A stretch of DNA of 64,000 bases, taken from assembly GCF_006345805.1 (NCBI RefSeq), contig NC_042998.1, positions 188,170,001 to 188,234,000 of the forward strand, read 5' to 3'. The notes under the pieces are model-generated. The model was not told the DNA's origin. It worked only from the letters and a program-made list of their open reading frames with translations, and ran no database searches. Both the position numbers and the translations under genes were made by a program. Position 1 is the stretch's first letter, and the number at the start of each line of letters is the position of its first letter. Origin of the DNA: Octopus sinensis. Its lineage: Eukaryota. This document shows positions 11,724 to 24,599 of this stretch, piece by piece.

Positions 11724-14700
11724 CAAGTTAATTTTTATCAATATTTTTTCTCCATTTACGAAATTTCTCTTTGGTAGTCAATGTTATTTAATATCTGGCT
11801 TATGAATATGCCAACAGAACAGAAGGGAGATAGCTACAGATAGAATATTTATGCGCAAATTTTATATCTGGGATTAACAAATACTTTCATTTTAGTCACT
11901 TTGAGCTCCCTTTCTTTCTTTTCATTCTATAGTAACTTTTCCTTTTTCTTTCTTTTGTTTCTCTGATTTTTTTATTGTTTTGTTTTATTCTCTTAGGGTT
12001 TACGTATCTTATTCCATTCATCTTTTTGTCTGTCAGTTTATTTTCAGTTTGTCTATCAGTCTTTCTGCATGTCTCTTTTATCTTCTCTCTTTCTCTTTCT
12101 CCCAATACTTCTAATAGCCATATATTTAGCCGACGCGCTACAAACATACCATTTCATAATATTACATTTTTGTCACTTGACTCGCGAAATTTCTCAGTAG
12201 ATCAAATTGCAACTAGTTACATAATAAAGATATTTTCTCACTACCATCCTATGTATGTGTCATTATATTGGTCATACAATCTGAGAAAATATTATATCAT
12301 AAGTAGCTAAGTAACACTTTCAAATATTAACTCCGCCCAACCATTCACTGCTTGCTCCCTTACATGGAACACTATACCATACTTAATTACTGTGCCTCGA
12401 TATAGTAATTTAACCTGCAAGAAATAGCTACCAACTCTCTCTCTCAAATTACACTCTAGCGTTTTGGGAAAGGAATGGATAGGTTGGATAATGTCTTGCA
12501 TACTCATAAACTGATGGGATGGTGACGGCTGGAATGTTTTAGATCATATGTATGCTCAATCAGGGCTGAACCGAGGTTAACGACTGATGTTTTTGAATTC
12601 CACCCTCTTTTGAAGATAGCAGGGGCTATTGAACGACCGTGTTTTATGGAACTCAAACAAATACCATGAAATGCGGCATCATTTGTGAATGACTTAGCAA
12701 ATATAGTAGGTCGTACCAGTTCAGAAAGTTGTAATTTCAGTAGTATATAAGTTACATCCTCAATATACAAACAAAACAAATCTTCCACATGAATTTACCA
12801 GAACTCCCTTCCATCACAAAAAAAAAAAAAATGACATTTCAAAAGTCTCGGGTTCAGAAAAATTCTCACTAGTATGTAACTATATCACCTGAGGCTAAAA
12901 AAAAATAATAATTGCATTTTCTTCTCAGTGTATCAGCACAGTCAAATCATCAGAATTCGGACATGTAGAAGTCAATTTCAAAACTTAACAAAAGCCTTGA
13001 TAGAAAAATATCTCCTTGTTCCGCTAATTTCAAACTCTCAACACGTATTGAGACCATTTCTCTCAACTGCTATATTCACAAACCTCGCATAAAAGAATGC
13101 ATCACATTTTCAAAACAACAAAATTACAAACTTACTACACATCACTCGAATTTCCAATTACATCACCAAAGGGTCTGATTCTTCTTACACCCTATTCATA
13201 AAGGAAATGCTAAGCTAAATGAAAAGAAAACAAAGAACGTCAAGGGTTAGTAATCTATCACCAAATTCGTTAAGCATTTGGAGAGACAATGAGAACACAA
13301 CTAGAATTTGTAAAATTTCGAATGGGATGTTACGAGGATCTTTCATTTCAGTCTTTGTAACAACTTTCACAAGTCATCATAGAAAAATGATATCATATTT
13401 ATCTCCTACAACAGACATAGATATTATAATAAATCCGGTCCTATCTCAGCCACTTTGAAAAGATTTTAGCACCTACCAAATTCATCACTCATTTCCCTAG
13501 CAACACCAAATAACACTAAATATGAGCAATCGTCACACTCAACAACATAAACATACCACACAAACACAGATTACTCTTAAAACATCCATACTGTTGAGGT
13601 GTTGTAGGCAATTCTTAATTTAGGAATTAGAACACAGACGCAGTAAAAAATGAAAAAAATACAGGAACTCGGTAAGCGCACTTATTCAGCTTAATTCTTC
13701 AGCATACAGAAAAACCAGCGTACAAAAACTATATTATCATAGATTATACTAGTACTGCCTAGATCATAGATTATACTAGTACAAAACGGCGCTGTATATA
13801 CTATACACGGCGGTGTATATACTATACGTATATTACAATACGTGGATAATATATACTTATTTTTATATACGTTTCATTTTTGTCTGTACAAACAAATATG
13901 ATAATATTTCAATAGGATTGACTTTACTTTCCACCCTTGGAGATCGATAAAATAAATTCAGGTTGAATATTTTGTCTAACGACTCGAAAGTATCTATTCT
14001 TCAAATTTGGAGCTTTGCACGTATGATCAAGCGATTATTTAACATGTATAAACGTATAGATATGAAATATATTATATACACAAATTATAATGTTTTTATA
14101 CCCTAATACAAAATGGATGTTTGTTGTGATATATGTGCTTCACCTGTACACGCATACATTGCTCGAGCGTACTACATATGATGCATACTCAGAAATATAG
14201 TCATAAGGCTGATGCATTCTACCCACTAATTGCTATGCCCTCATATTGAAAAAGAAAGCCACAACAAAAACAGCAAGCCCAAATATAGTCTACAGCTAAG
14301 TGGCCCAATTCCACTGTTTTAGAATGGCAGGCAGAATTCTGTGCTGCCGCCATATAGCATGGAATGTCCTTTCACTGCCAAATTTACAGATTCTTTTTCT
14401 GCTCATGTGATATTACTAACGACTTGAACTGATGTCTCTTTGTACGGCATTTTTCTGTGTTTTGTTTTATTGTTAGTGTTTTGTATTCATGTTGTGGCTA
14501 TGTTGTGTTTGTTCAACTTTGTATTAATGCTTTTTGTTTCATGCTAAATAGAATCATCTTCATCGTAATTCTTACTGCCCTCATCACCGTCTTTGCCATT
14601 GCTCTTTGTTTTTAATATGGTAATGCTGAAGAGATAAGAATGAACATGGTGATGATTTCGGGAATCACAAACATCATATATAAGTTTTTGTACTCAACAA

Positions 14701-14742
14701 CAGTTTCTTCTGTTATATAAATATTCTACAGGATATAATTTT

Positions 14743-14957
14743 ACTCTTTTACTCTTTTACTTGTTTCAGTCATTTTGACTGCGGCCATGCTGGAGCACCG
14801 CCTTTACTCGAACAAATCGACCCCGGGACTTATTCTTTGTAAGCCCAGTACTTATTCTATCGGTCTCTTTTGCCGAACCGCTAAGAGACGGGGACGTAAA
14901 CACACCAGCATCGGTTGTCAAGCAATGCTAGGGGGACAAACACAGACACACAAACAT

Positions 14958-15016
<59 letters not shown>

Positions 15017-15181
15017 TACGACAGACTTCTTTCAGTTTCCGTCTACCAAATCCACTCACAAGGCATTGGTCGGCCCGGGGCTATAGTAGAAGACACTTGC
15101 CCAAGATGCCACGCAGTGGGACTGAACCCGGAACCATGTGGTTGGTTAGCAAGCTACTTACCACACAGCCACTCCTGCGCC
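14743..15181 (-). mobile_element. SINE family C (tRNA-like head, ACCTTGGGCAAGT core, internal (TA)n(TG)n, AAAAGAGT tail)
   Basis: Closely similar to 54059-54456, 29404-29799 and 16292-16776. Confidence 0.9.
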
Positions 15182-16049
15182 TATAATAGTTGCCTTTTGC
15201 CGGTAACTTTCTATAGAAAAATTTAGTACCTTATTTTGCCATAAGTGAATTGAATTCAAGAAAGATGGAATTACGTATCTCACTAATTAATTGCAAACAC
15301 GTCTTCATTTATTTTACCAAAAAAAAAAAAAAAGAATTAAAAATGACTCTCGTACTCAAAACCTAGGTCTAAACATTGTATTAATAGTATCTTGCCTGTA
15401 TTATTTTGTATTCGACGAGGACGAAGTTTATGCCTAAGATATCACATCTAAATTAAAATTTCATTTTATTTTTAGCATAATTCTGTTCTATTGGATTACT
15501 TTTACTTACGCAGACCAAACAACTCCATAGATCTTGGATTATTGGCTTTTTGGTGTTTCTTGTTACCAGTAAAATTTACTTATATTTGTTGCTTCCTTAA
15601 ATTCAGTTTCTTTTTACAAATCTTACTTTTTTACTTAAATATACTTACCAAGATGCTTCAAACTATGAGCTACTATTTTCTTTACCGATTCAACAATTGT
15701 ATCTCATCATTTATTCGTTTAACATTAAATTTTGTTGTCAAACAGAAAGTTATTTCACTGATCACTTTCTTAATTTAATAGACAGTTTTCTTTTTAATAT
15801 AATTTCCATCTTCACTCAATCTCTTTTCTTTACCAGATATTTTCTAACTCTCACCATCTTTTATTATACCATTATATATATAATAGCATTCTTTTAAGTC
15901 TTTTACTTCGTTTTTCTTTTATATTTTTCCATTCTCGTTAACTCGTACGTCTATACTTTTTTTATAACACCTATATCACATCAATCATTATCTACCCGAC
16001 ATGTAAATTGTTAAAAACATAATCTCAATCTAAGTAATCCTCTCTGTCT

Positions 16050-16057
16050 CTCGCACC

Positions 16058-16124
<67 letters not shown>

Positions 16125-16125
16125 A
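16050..16125. repeat. (CT)n(CA)n microsatellite
   Basis: Direct reading. Confidence 0.95.
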
Positions 16126-16291
16126 ACATATCCACAAAGATACACACATTCGCACACACTCGCTCATGTGCATACAAACATACACACACACACACACATA
16201 TATGCAAATACATCTTTATCCATAACTCGTTTTCCCATTCTCCTCAGAGTAACAAATACTTACGCAAATTATAAATATTTACATATTACCA

Positions 16292-16453
16292 GGCGCGTGA
16301 GTGGCTGATGGTAAGTAACTTGCTTACAAAACACATGGTTCCGGGTTCAGTTCCATTGCGTGGCACCATGGGCAAGTGTCTTCTACTACAGCTTCGGGCC
16401 GACAAAAGCCTTGTGAGTGGATTTGGTAGACGGAAACTGAAAGAAGCCTGTCG

Positions 16454-16550
<97 letters not shown>

Positions 16551-16776
16551 GTGTGTGTGTGTGTGTTTGTGTGTCTATGTTTGTCCCCCCAACATCGCTT
16601 GACAACCGATGCTGATGTGTTTACGTCCCCGTAACTAAGCGGTTCGGCAAAAGAGAACGACAGAATAAGTACTAGGCTTACAAAGAATAAGTCCTGGGGG
16701 TCGATTTGCTCGACTAAAGGTGGTGCTCCAGCATGGCCGCAGTCAAATAACTGAAACAAGTAAAAGAGTAAAAGAG
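16292..16776 (+). mobile_element. SINE family C with expanded internal microsatellite
   Basis: Head GGCGCGTGAGTGGCTG, B-box-like GGTTCAGTTCC, tail TAAAAGAGTAAAAGAG. Confidence 0.9.
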
Positions 16777-17099
16777 AAATATAACACACACACACACACA
16801 CGCGCGCTTACAATCACTCATCCAAGCACAAACGTATGTACATATTGGTAAGCACATTTAAGCTGTCACACACTCAAGGTCTAAGATTTCACATCGTGGA
16901 CATTTTTGGATAATTGTGCACCCTTTTTTTTACGCTGCTCTTCTTCATCAACTGCTTACTCGTCACACGCCATTCTGTCTACCTATATACAAATAAAGTT
17001 CTTGTCTCTGTCAATCATAGAATTCCCTTCTTGTTCGGGCAGTTAGGTTTTATTTTCCAATGCCAGAATATCATTCGTCTGTCTGCCTTTTTCATTCTT

Positions 17100-17103
17100 T
17101 CGT

Positions 17104-17164
<61 letters not shown>

Positions 17165-17273
17165 ACACACACACACACACACAAACACACAGACACAGAC
17201 ACAGACACAGACACACACACACACACACAAACACACAGACACAGACACACACAAACACACAGACACAGACACA

Positions 17274-17305
<32 letters not shown>
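17100..17305. repeat. Compound (CT)n/(CA)n/(CACAGA)n microsatellite
   Basis: Direct reading. Confidence 0.95.
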
Positions 17306-17306
<1 letters not shown>

Positions 17307-19107
17307 ATGATCACTAGATGCTACATATACTGTAACACACAAATAATTGAAGCAAAAAGTTTTCCGCGACATAAACAAAACAAAAAAAAAATGAAAAGAA
17401 AAGAAAAAGAAAAATTGTCATAAGTACTGAAATGGATATGTCATTCACTACATGTCATTTAGACTGCTATCCATTATCAAATATCACTGTGGTCTGTCTT
17501 ATTATTACACAGTGGCGCTGATGTACGCGAATACACACGCATACGTATATGTTTATATTAGTATGGGGGACGGCGTACATGACATTTTGGAGGTGAGCGT
17601 AAACTTCTTATTAACTTGGAAGGGGAGTATACGAAGGTCGCACAGCACAATAGAGATTACAAATTACTAAACATACTATGATAATTCTCGCCAAAATAGT
17701 CCTTGCAACTGCTGCTTTGCAAATATAACTTAGTTACTGCATAAAATTTGTTTACCATGTTAAGTCTCATCCTGGTATCAGAAAGCTTCGACTCTGTCAC
17801 AGTGGCTGTCATTAATGTAACTAACAATAAATACTCTTTGTTTTATTGCCAACGAAAAGTGTTCTAGCACAAAAATATATTATAAGTAGTTTTTTGACTG
17901 CCCCTACCTCCACCGAAAATTTTTTTCACACATGCCGTGATAAGCCAGTGTGAAAATTGTTGGACGTTTAGGAATAACTTAGCATACTTATATTGCAGCT
18001 TGCACAAGCAATAATTTACTGGCTTGCACAAAAGCTATGACTTACCTTCAGCAATTTCGCCTAAGCCTATACAAAAGTTCAAGGTGCAACTCTGTCGTTA
18101 AGTTTTTGTCCACCATCTCATTTCGAGTCACATACGAGGTGATTTAATCGCAGCAATGTATGTAATGTCACTGTCATATTTTCTTTAAGAAAACATATAA
18201 TTTCATTTCGAGGTACTATTGTAAAACTATAAAGATATGCATCTTCTAGATGTCCACCAACAGCGACAATGAATTCAATTTCTTTTTCTTAGGGTGGGTT
18301 CCCAAAGCTTTTCATACAGTTGTGAAATATAAGTCCAAGCCAAATGCAGATCTGAAAATTCTTTTCTCCCTTCAAGATATTTATGATCACGGTAAAAAAG
18401 CACATGGACTTAAAGAAGTGGTTTTAAAGAGGGTGAAAAGCGAGTTTCAATCGTTTTAAAACCAGTTCTTCAAATCGATGTTCTTTTCGGACATAATCAT
18501 AAGAATCTAGATCGTAAGAATCTTTTGTTAGAAGGAACTGATTATGGTGAAGGTCCACTCAAGTAGAGTGATAATAGATCTAGCTTTCGAGAAGGATGGT
18601 GATATATTTAGTTGTGAAGTAGACAACTAGATTGATTTAGTTGTCAGGTGTTATTTGAAACGTACGTCATAGGGAATATTTAGTACATTTTCTTGATTAA
18701 GACCCCGGCTATATCAACTACTAACACTTTTCAGTATTTTCACTGGTATAACACATTTCCGAGTTTAAAGACAATCTCAGATCAGCTTAGATAATCATAG
18801 TCATCTATTTCGAAAAACAGTGATATGCGATGGGAAAATTATTTATTTATTGTACAGGTGCAACGATGAATTACCTTATGTATTGCCGAAATGATATTGA
18901 TAGATTGATATCAGAGAAAATAAATAGCGAATGAATGGACTATACTTCCTTATGAATAAGAAATGACTTATATAGGTGAATAGATATTTAATAGCACAAG
19001 CATCTCCCTCACAATAGTGAAATATATGTGAGAAATAGATAGATGCATAAAATATATTTACACACATATATGGTTGTAGAATCAGTAGAACTCGGACAAA
19101 AATATAT

Positions 19108-19318
19108 ATTTCTTTATTGCCCACAAGGGGCTAAACATAGAGGGGACATACAAGGACAGACAAAGGGACTAAGTTAATTACATCGACCCCAGTGCGAAAC
19201 TAGTATTTAATTTATCGACCCCGAAAGGATGAAAGGCAAAGTCGACCTCGGCGGAATTTGAACTCAGAACGTAATGACAGGCGAAATACCGCTAAGCATT
19301 TCGCCCGGCGTGCTAACG
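19108..19318 (-). mobile_element. SINE family B with alternative 3' tail
   Basis: Head and core match 9397-9611; the tail is ...GTCCCCTCTATGTTTAGCCCCTTGTGGGCAATAAAGAAA instead. Confidence 0.85.
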
Positions 19319-19737
19319 TGTCTAAAATATAGTGTTGTGTTTGGTTGCACCCTTTACAATAGAGACCAAATCCCGTCAAGGTTGAATAACTTTCATCCTT
19401 CCGAGGTCGAAAAAAATAACTAACAAAGTTCTAGTGTCGATAAAATACCTTTCAAGGCGATGTCCATGCTTGGTCAAAACGCATTGACTAAAGCTCTCTG
19501 CTTTTATAAAAAAAAAACAAAAAAACGCTCACATTTGCAGAGACATAGCCCCTTACACACATGTATACGCATGTATGCATGCTGTCACGCAGCTTAGGTT
19601 TAAAAAAACTAATTATAACACAGAAATAAACCCAATACCCATTAGCACACTTACTACTAGTCTGTTATCTATTATTTGCTATTATGTCATTTCAGCCGTA
19701 ACTAACTCGATCCGCATTTGTGTTTGGGTGCCTGTGC

Positions 19738-19744
19738 GTATATA

Positions 19745-19826
<82 letters not shown>

Positions 19827-20519
19827 ATATATATATATGTTGGTGTATGTGTGACCATAGAATGTATATGTGTGTGCGACCGCATTTGTATGCATTATAT
19901 ATATAGTGTATGTGAACGTGTGTGTGCGCGCACGTAAAAATACACGTACCGAAATATATAATATATGGGCACAGTTATGCTCGAGTGGTTAAGAAGTTTG
20001 CTTCGTTATCATGACGTCTCCACACACACACACATTGTATATTGGTAGAGGCATAGCTGAGTGGCTAAGAAATTCGTTTCGCTCTTATGATATCTCTGGT
20101 TCGATTTCAATGCGTATCATCCTCTGCAGGCCGCTTGAGTGAATTTCGCACTGACGGAAACTGCGTGGAAACTTGGACAAACTGATTGTATCAATAATTA
20201 TATATGTATGTATATGTGTATGCATGTATGTATGTATGTATGTATGTATGTATGTATGTATGTATGTATGTAGTATGTATGTATGTATGTATGTATGTAT
20301 GTATGTATGTATGTATGTATGTATGTATGTATGTGTGTATGTATGTATGTATGTATGTATGTATGTATGTATGTATGTATGTATGTATGCATGTATGCAT
20401 GTATGTATGTATGTATGTATGCATGTATGCATGTATGTATGTATGTATGTGTGTATGTGTATGTGTTTGTATGTCTGTAGCACACACACGCACACCCAAA
20501 TGCGCATATGCAGACATTT

Positions 20520-20608
<89 letters not shown>

Positions 20609-20612
20609 ACAC
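19738..20612. repeat. Microsatellite cluster: (TA)n, degenerate SINE head (~20045-20170), long (ATGT)n, (CA)n
   Basis: Direct reading; GACGGAAACTG in the head is shared with SINE C. Confidence 0.85.
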
Positions 20613-21178
20613 ACTTACATGTATATATCTATGGGATGTAGCTTTGGCAGTATTATATGTGTGCGGTTTCTATGTCAGATTTTTTTGGGTTGTGAAGCCT
20701 AGTATTTGTAGCAGCTTGCCCTGTTCTAGCTGTATGTTGGTGATGCGTCACTTGAATACTTTTTGCATGGTATTTGCGTTGCATTTTCTTTTGTGTACCT
20801 ATATACAATATACCAAATATAAGTACGTTTACAAATACACGACGTATACGTATATATTGTGTGCATTCGAGTATGTAGGTGTGTTTACGAGTATGAATAT
20901 GCCCAAAGCACGCATACAGACCCATATACACATATAGGTTTTGTGCGCATATGTATATATCAGTGTATGTGTGTGTGTGTGTGTGTATGTATATGCATGT
21001 ATGTGAGCAATATGTACTTCTGTTTATGTGTTTTCTATTAGAGCCAACAGTTTTTGATGCAACAGAGTGTAACGTTTGTATTTAGTATTTAAGAGTGATA
21101 ATTGTTTTCAGCAATTATGTTTCTTAAATTATTTTAGTAACTTGAAATATAAAGAATAAATAACAATTATTTTATTTA

Positions 21179-21319
21179 TTAGGTTGTCCCAAAAGTTCGT
21201 AAACACTTGCGAAAATTGAATTTTTACTCGCCAAGTACTAACAAAAACAACAAAAATTATTCCTCAAAATAAAGACCATTATTTTCCAAGACTTTCTACG
21301 AACTTTTGGGACAACCTTA
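21179..21319. mobile_element. 141-bp mariner-derived MITE
   Basis: 23-bp TIRs TT/AAGGTTGTCCCAAAAGTTCGTA (1 mismatch), TA on both sides; minus-strand remnant KVLENNGLYFEE* resembles a mariner C-terminus. Confidence 0.85.
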
Positions 21320-21587
21320 TAGTATTTATAACTACGCCTTTTCTAATTTCAGTATAGATTAAACATGCCAACCGCGGTAAAAAATTAGGCAAAAGTAGAA
21401 ATGTAGGGAAATATTTATTGAAATAGGTTTCACTCTTGACGGTATGGACATATACTTATAATTTAATAGTACAATCCCTCTGGAAGGTATTGTACTATGA
21501 AAGTAGATTTTGTATGAAAACAAAACGAACTTTGAAATGTTCCGAATAATTTAAGAATCTAAGACGTTTCATGAGATGCTGATGGTA

Positions 21588-21602
21588 TGTGTGTGTGTGT
21601 GT

Positions 21603-21701
<99 letters not shown>

Positions 21702-22059
21702 TTCGAAAGGAGTGACAAAGAAACTGACAATTTCACGTGAAAAATAAGTCTTTATTATCACTGGTTACCAAAAAGAGATTACTATTTAAAACATTTTGCA
21801 CAAGAGAAAAAAAAAAATGTCCTGTGGGCAGCTGACTGATTGCTGCTAGGTTTCAGATGTGCAAAAATGTAGTTATAAAGATAGTTTACAATTTTTGTAT
21901 TGATTAGATTGGGAATGTTTACAAATATAAATAATTGAAATTTTAAATTGTAAGTTGAATCAGTACAGTGGAGACCACTTATGTATACTATTAATTCTAT
22001 CCTTGTACAACCATCACCATCACCACGACGACGAACCCCCCACCATCACCACCACCACC

Positions 22060-22112
<53 letters not shown>

Positions 22113-22119
22113 AATAATG

Positions 22120-22182
<63 letters not shown>

Positions 22183-22200
22183 TAATAATAATAATAATAA
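21588..22200. repeat. (TG)n(GA)n tract and compound (CAC)n(TAC)n(AAT)n tract
   Basis: Direct reading. Confidence 0.9.
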
Positions 22201-22883
22201 ACATTGGAAGAAATAACACAAATGAGTCAACATAATTTGTCTTGTTTGAACCGGTTTTTGCCGCTTTCTACACGTATTTTCTCACTAACGTGTCCTACTT
22301 GAATTTACTTCCTCGACTTATATGTTTTTATAAATGATTTGAACTTGAACCTAATACTGATACTCCATTATTAATATACAATTGATCTGCTTTAGGAGTA
22401 CATTATTCTATATAATATTCCTTGTAGATAAGCATACATATATTTATACATGCACATATATATGTGAATCTATATATATGTAAACCTGCAAATATATATA
22501 TATATACATATATGTACATTATAAACAAGTTCTCTCCTTCCTTCAGTACACACACACTCGCACATACACACACACTCATATACACCACAACACAGCACAA
22601 TACACACAAATATGTATGTAGATCACTGAGTACACAATTGTAATTTTATGTTTTCTCGTAGTTCGTATGAGTTCCATATAGTTTGTTTCGAACGACAAAG
22701 TTCCTGAAAACGATCACCAATGTTTCTAGATATTCAGAGCATAATTTTTAAGGTGAAGTGATGCTGGCGTGTTGCTGCACCTTTATAATAAAGCCCAATG
22801 TAATTACCACCCGAAACAAAGACACAAATACCCACCACACACACACTCGCTCGCCTTATATGTATGTAAATATGTATGTATGC

Positions 22884-22916
<33 letters not shown>

Positions 22917-22948
22917 TGTATGTATGTATGTATGTATGTATGTATGTA

Positions 22949-23238
22949 TTCGAGCGTGATCGTTACCAGTATTGCCTTACTGGCCCCTGTGCCAGTGGCA
23001 TGTGTAAAAAGAATCGAATGAGCTCGTTGCCAGTACCGCTTGAATGGCCCCCGTGACGGTGGTACGTAAAAGCACCCACTATACTCTCGGAGTGGTTGGC
23101 ATTAGGAAGGGCATCCAGCTGTAGAAACTCTGCCAGATCAAGATTGGAGCCTGGTGCAACCATCTGGTTCGCCAGCCCTCAGTCAAATCGTCCAACCCAT
23201 GCTAGCATGAAAGGCGGACGTTAAACGATGATGATGAT
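22949..23238 (+). mobile_element. SINE family D 3' portion with RTE-like (GAT)n tail, preceded by (ATGT)n
   Basis: GGTTGGCATTAGGAAGGGCATCCAGCTGTAGAAAC...GGACGTTAAACGATGATGAT; homologous to 56953-57236 (minus). Confidence 0.8.
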
Positions 23239-24250
23239 ATATATATATATATATATATATACATACAGGTATAAGTTAGTGTTTAATGCCTCTAAGGGAC
23301 AGATATATCCAAATGCACTCCTAGTAATTACCTCAGTAGATATAGTCCTTGGTAAAAGGTATACGGCAGCAGGTAATTTGATGGGTAAACCGTAGTTTAA
23401 TTTATACAGACGATAAGAAAATGGAGGAAAAATAACAATAAATGTGTTTTTTGTGCTAGGGAGCCATTATTTAATTAGTTAAAAAAGGTGTGGGAGAGAG
23501 AGAGAGAGAGAGAGAGTGAGCTTACGATTGTTTCTGTGTGCCATGGTGAAGAAAATATATATTTATATTTTTGCCTCGTTGCCAATGGTACACATCATCA
23601 GAACGAAGAAGTCAGAGGTAGAGAAGAACGAAAGGTAGAGGAATACATCGAAAAAGACAAATGATCAAAGGTTCGAAATGATTAAAGATCGTAAACTCAC
23701 TCTTACTCTCACCTTTCTTAAGTAATTAAATAATGGCTGCGCTTAAGAAACACACAAAATCCGTTGGATTCACTTCAACATTTAAATTTAATTTGTCAAA
23801 ATATTTTCGTCGATTTGAGACCGCAACTTATTCACTGACAAAATTCCGTGCTGCACCTCATTATTTTCGTTCCAGCACACGATCTCAGATCAGGTTACTT
23901 GCTATGCAAGTACATCTCCGTAATAAATAATGGCTTCGTAGCACAAAAGACACACTTCTTATTGTTATTTTCCTTCCCTTTTCTTATCGTCTATATATTT
24001 TGCTTATATAAAACAATACCGGTGTCTTCACAACTTAAATAAACTGCTGAGGATTGTTCTGTATTTGAATTGATGTAATGTTGCATTGTTCAATTAAATG
24101 GAGTCGCTTGAAACGATCTTTTTACATTACCCTTGGATATCCTGTTGCTTATTTTGATTTTAATCACCTTATTTTGAAACTGTATGGATAATACCCGCAC
24201 CTAAATTCTGGTGCTCACTTAGTACCTAATTCTCTGAATGTAAATTTTTG

Positions 24251-24298
<48 letters not shown>

Positions 24299-24504
24299 TA
24301 TATATATAAAGATAGATAGATCAGAGACAGAAAATGGAATTCACGAGATTCTTTATTGAAATGTAGTACAATTGTTTCGACTCTTCTGCACCTCTAGCTC
24401 ATAGGTGAAATGTTGTGCAATCAACTACCATGCTTCGCAAGTGCAACTGCGCCTCCTCAAGCGCATTTAAACAAGTTCTTCGCTATTTCACTTGGGCTAA
24501 GTGA

Positions 24505-24541
<37 letters not shown>

Positions 24542-24548
24542 TAAAATG

Positions 24549-24598
<50 letters not shown>

Positions 24599-24599
<1 letters not shown>

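Noticed and set aside
18250-18660. Possible decayed L2/CR1 RT on the minus strand (LGLIFH-like)
   Set aside because: Too degenerate to call.
20085-20937. Long ORFs (up to 254 aa) of [12 protein letters not shown] type, and similar ORFs at 16-17, 28, 42, 53 and 62 kb
   Set aside because: Stop-free translations of microsatellites with no coding signal.
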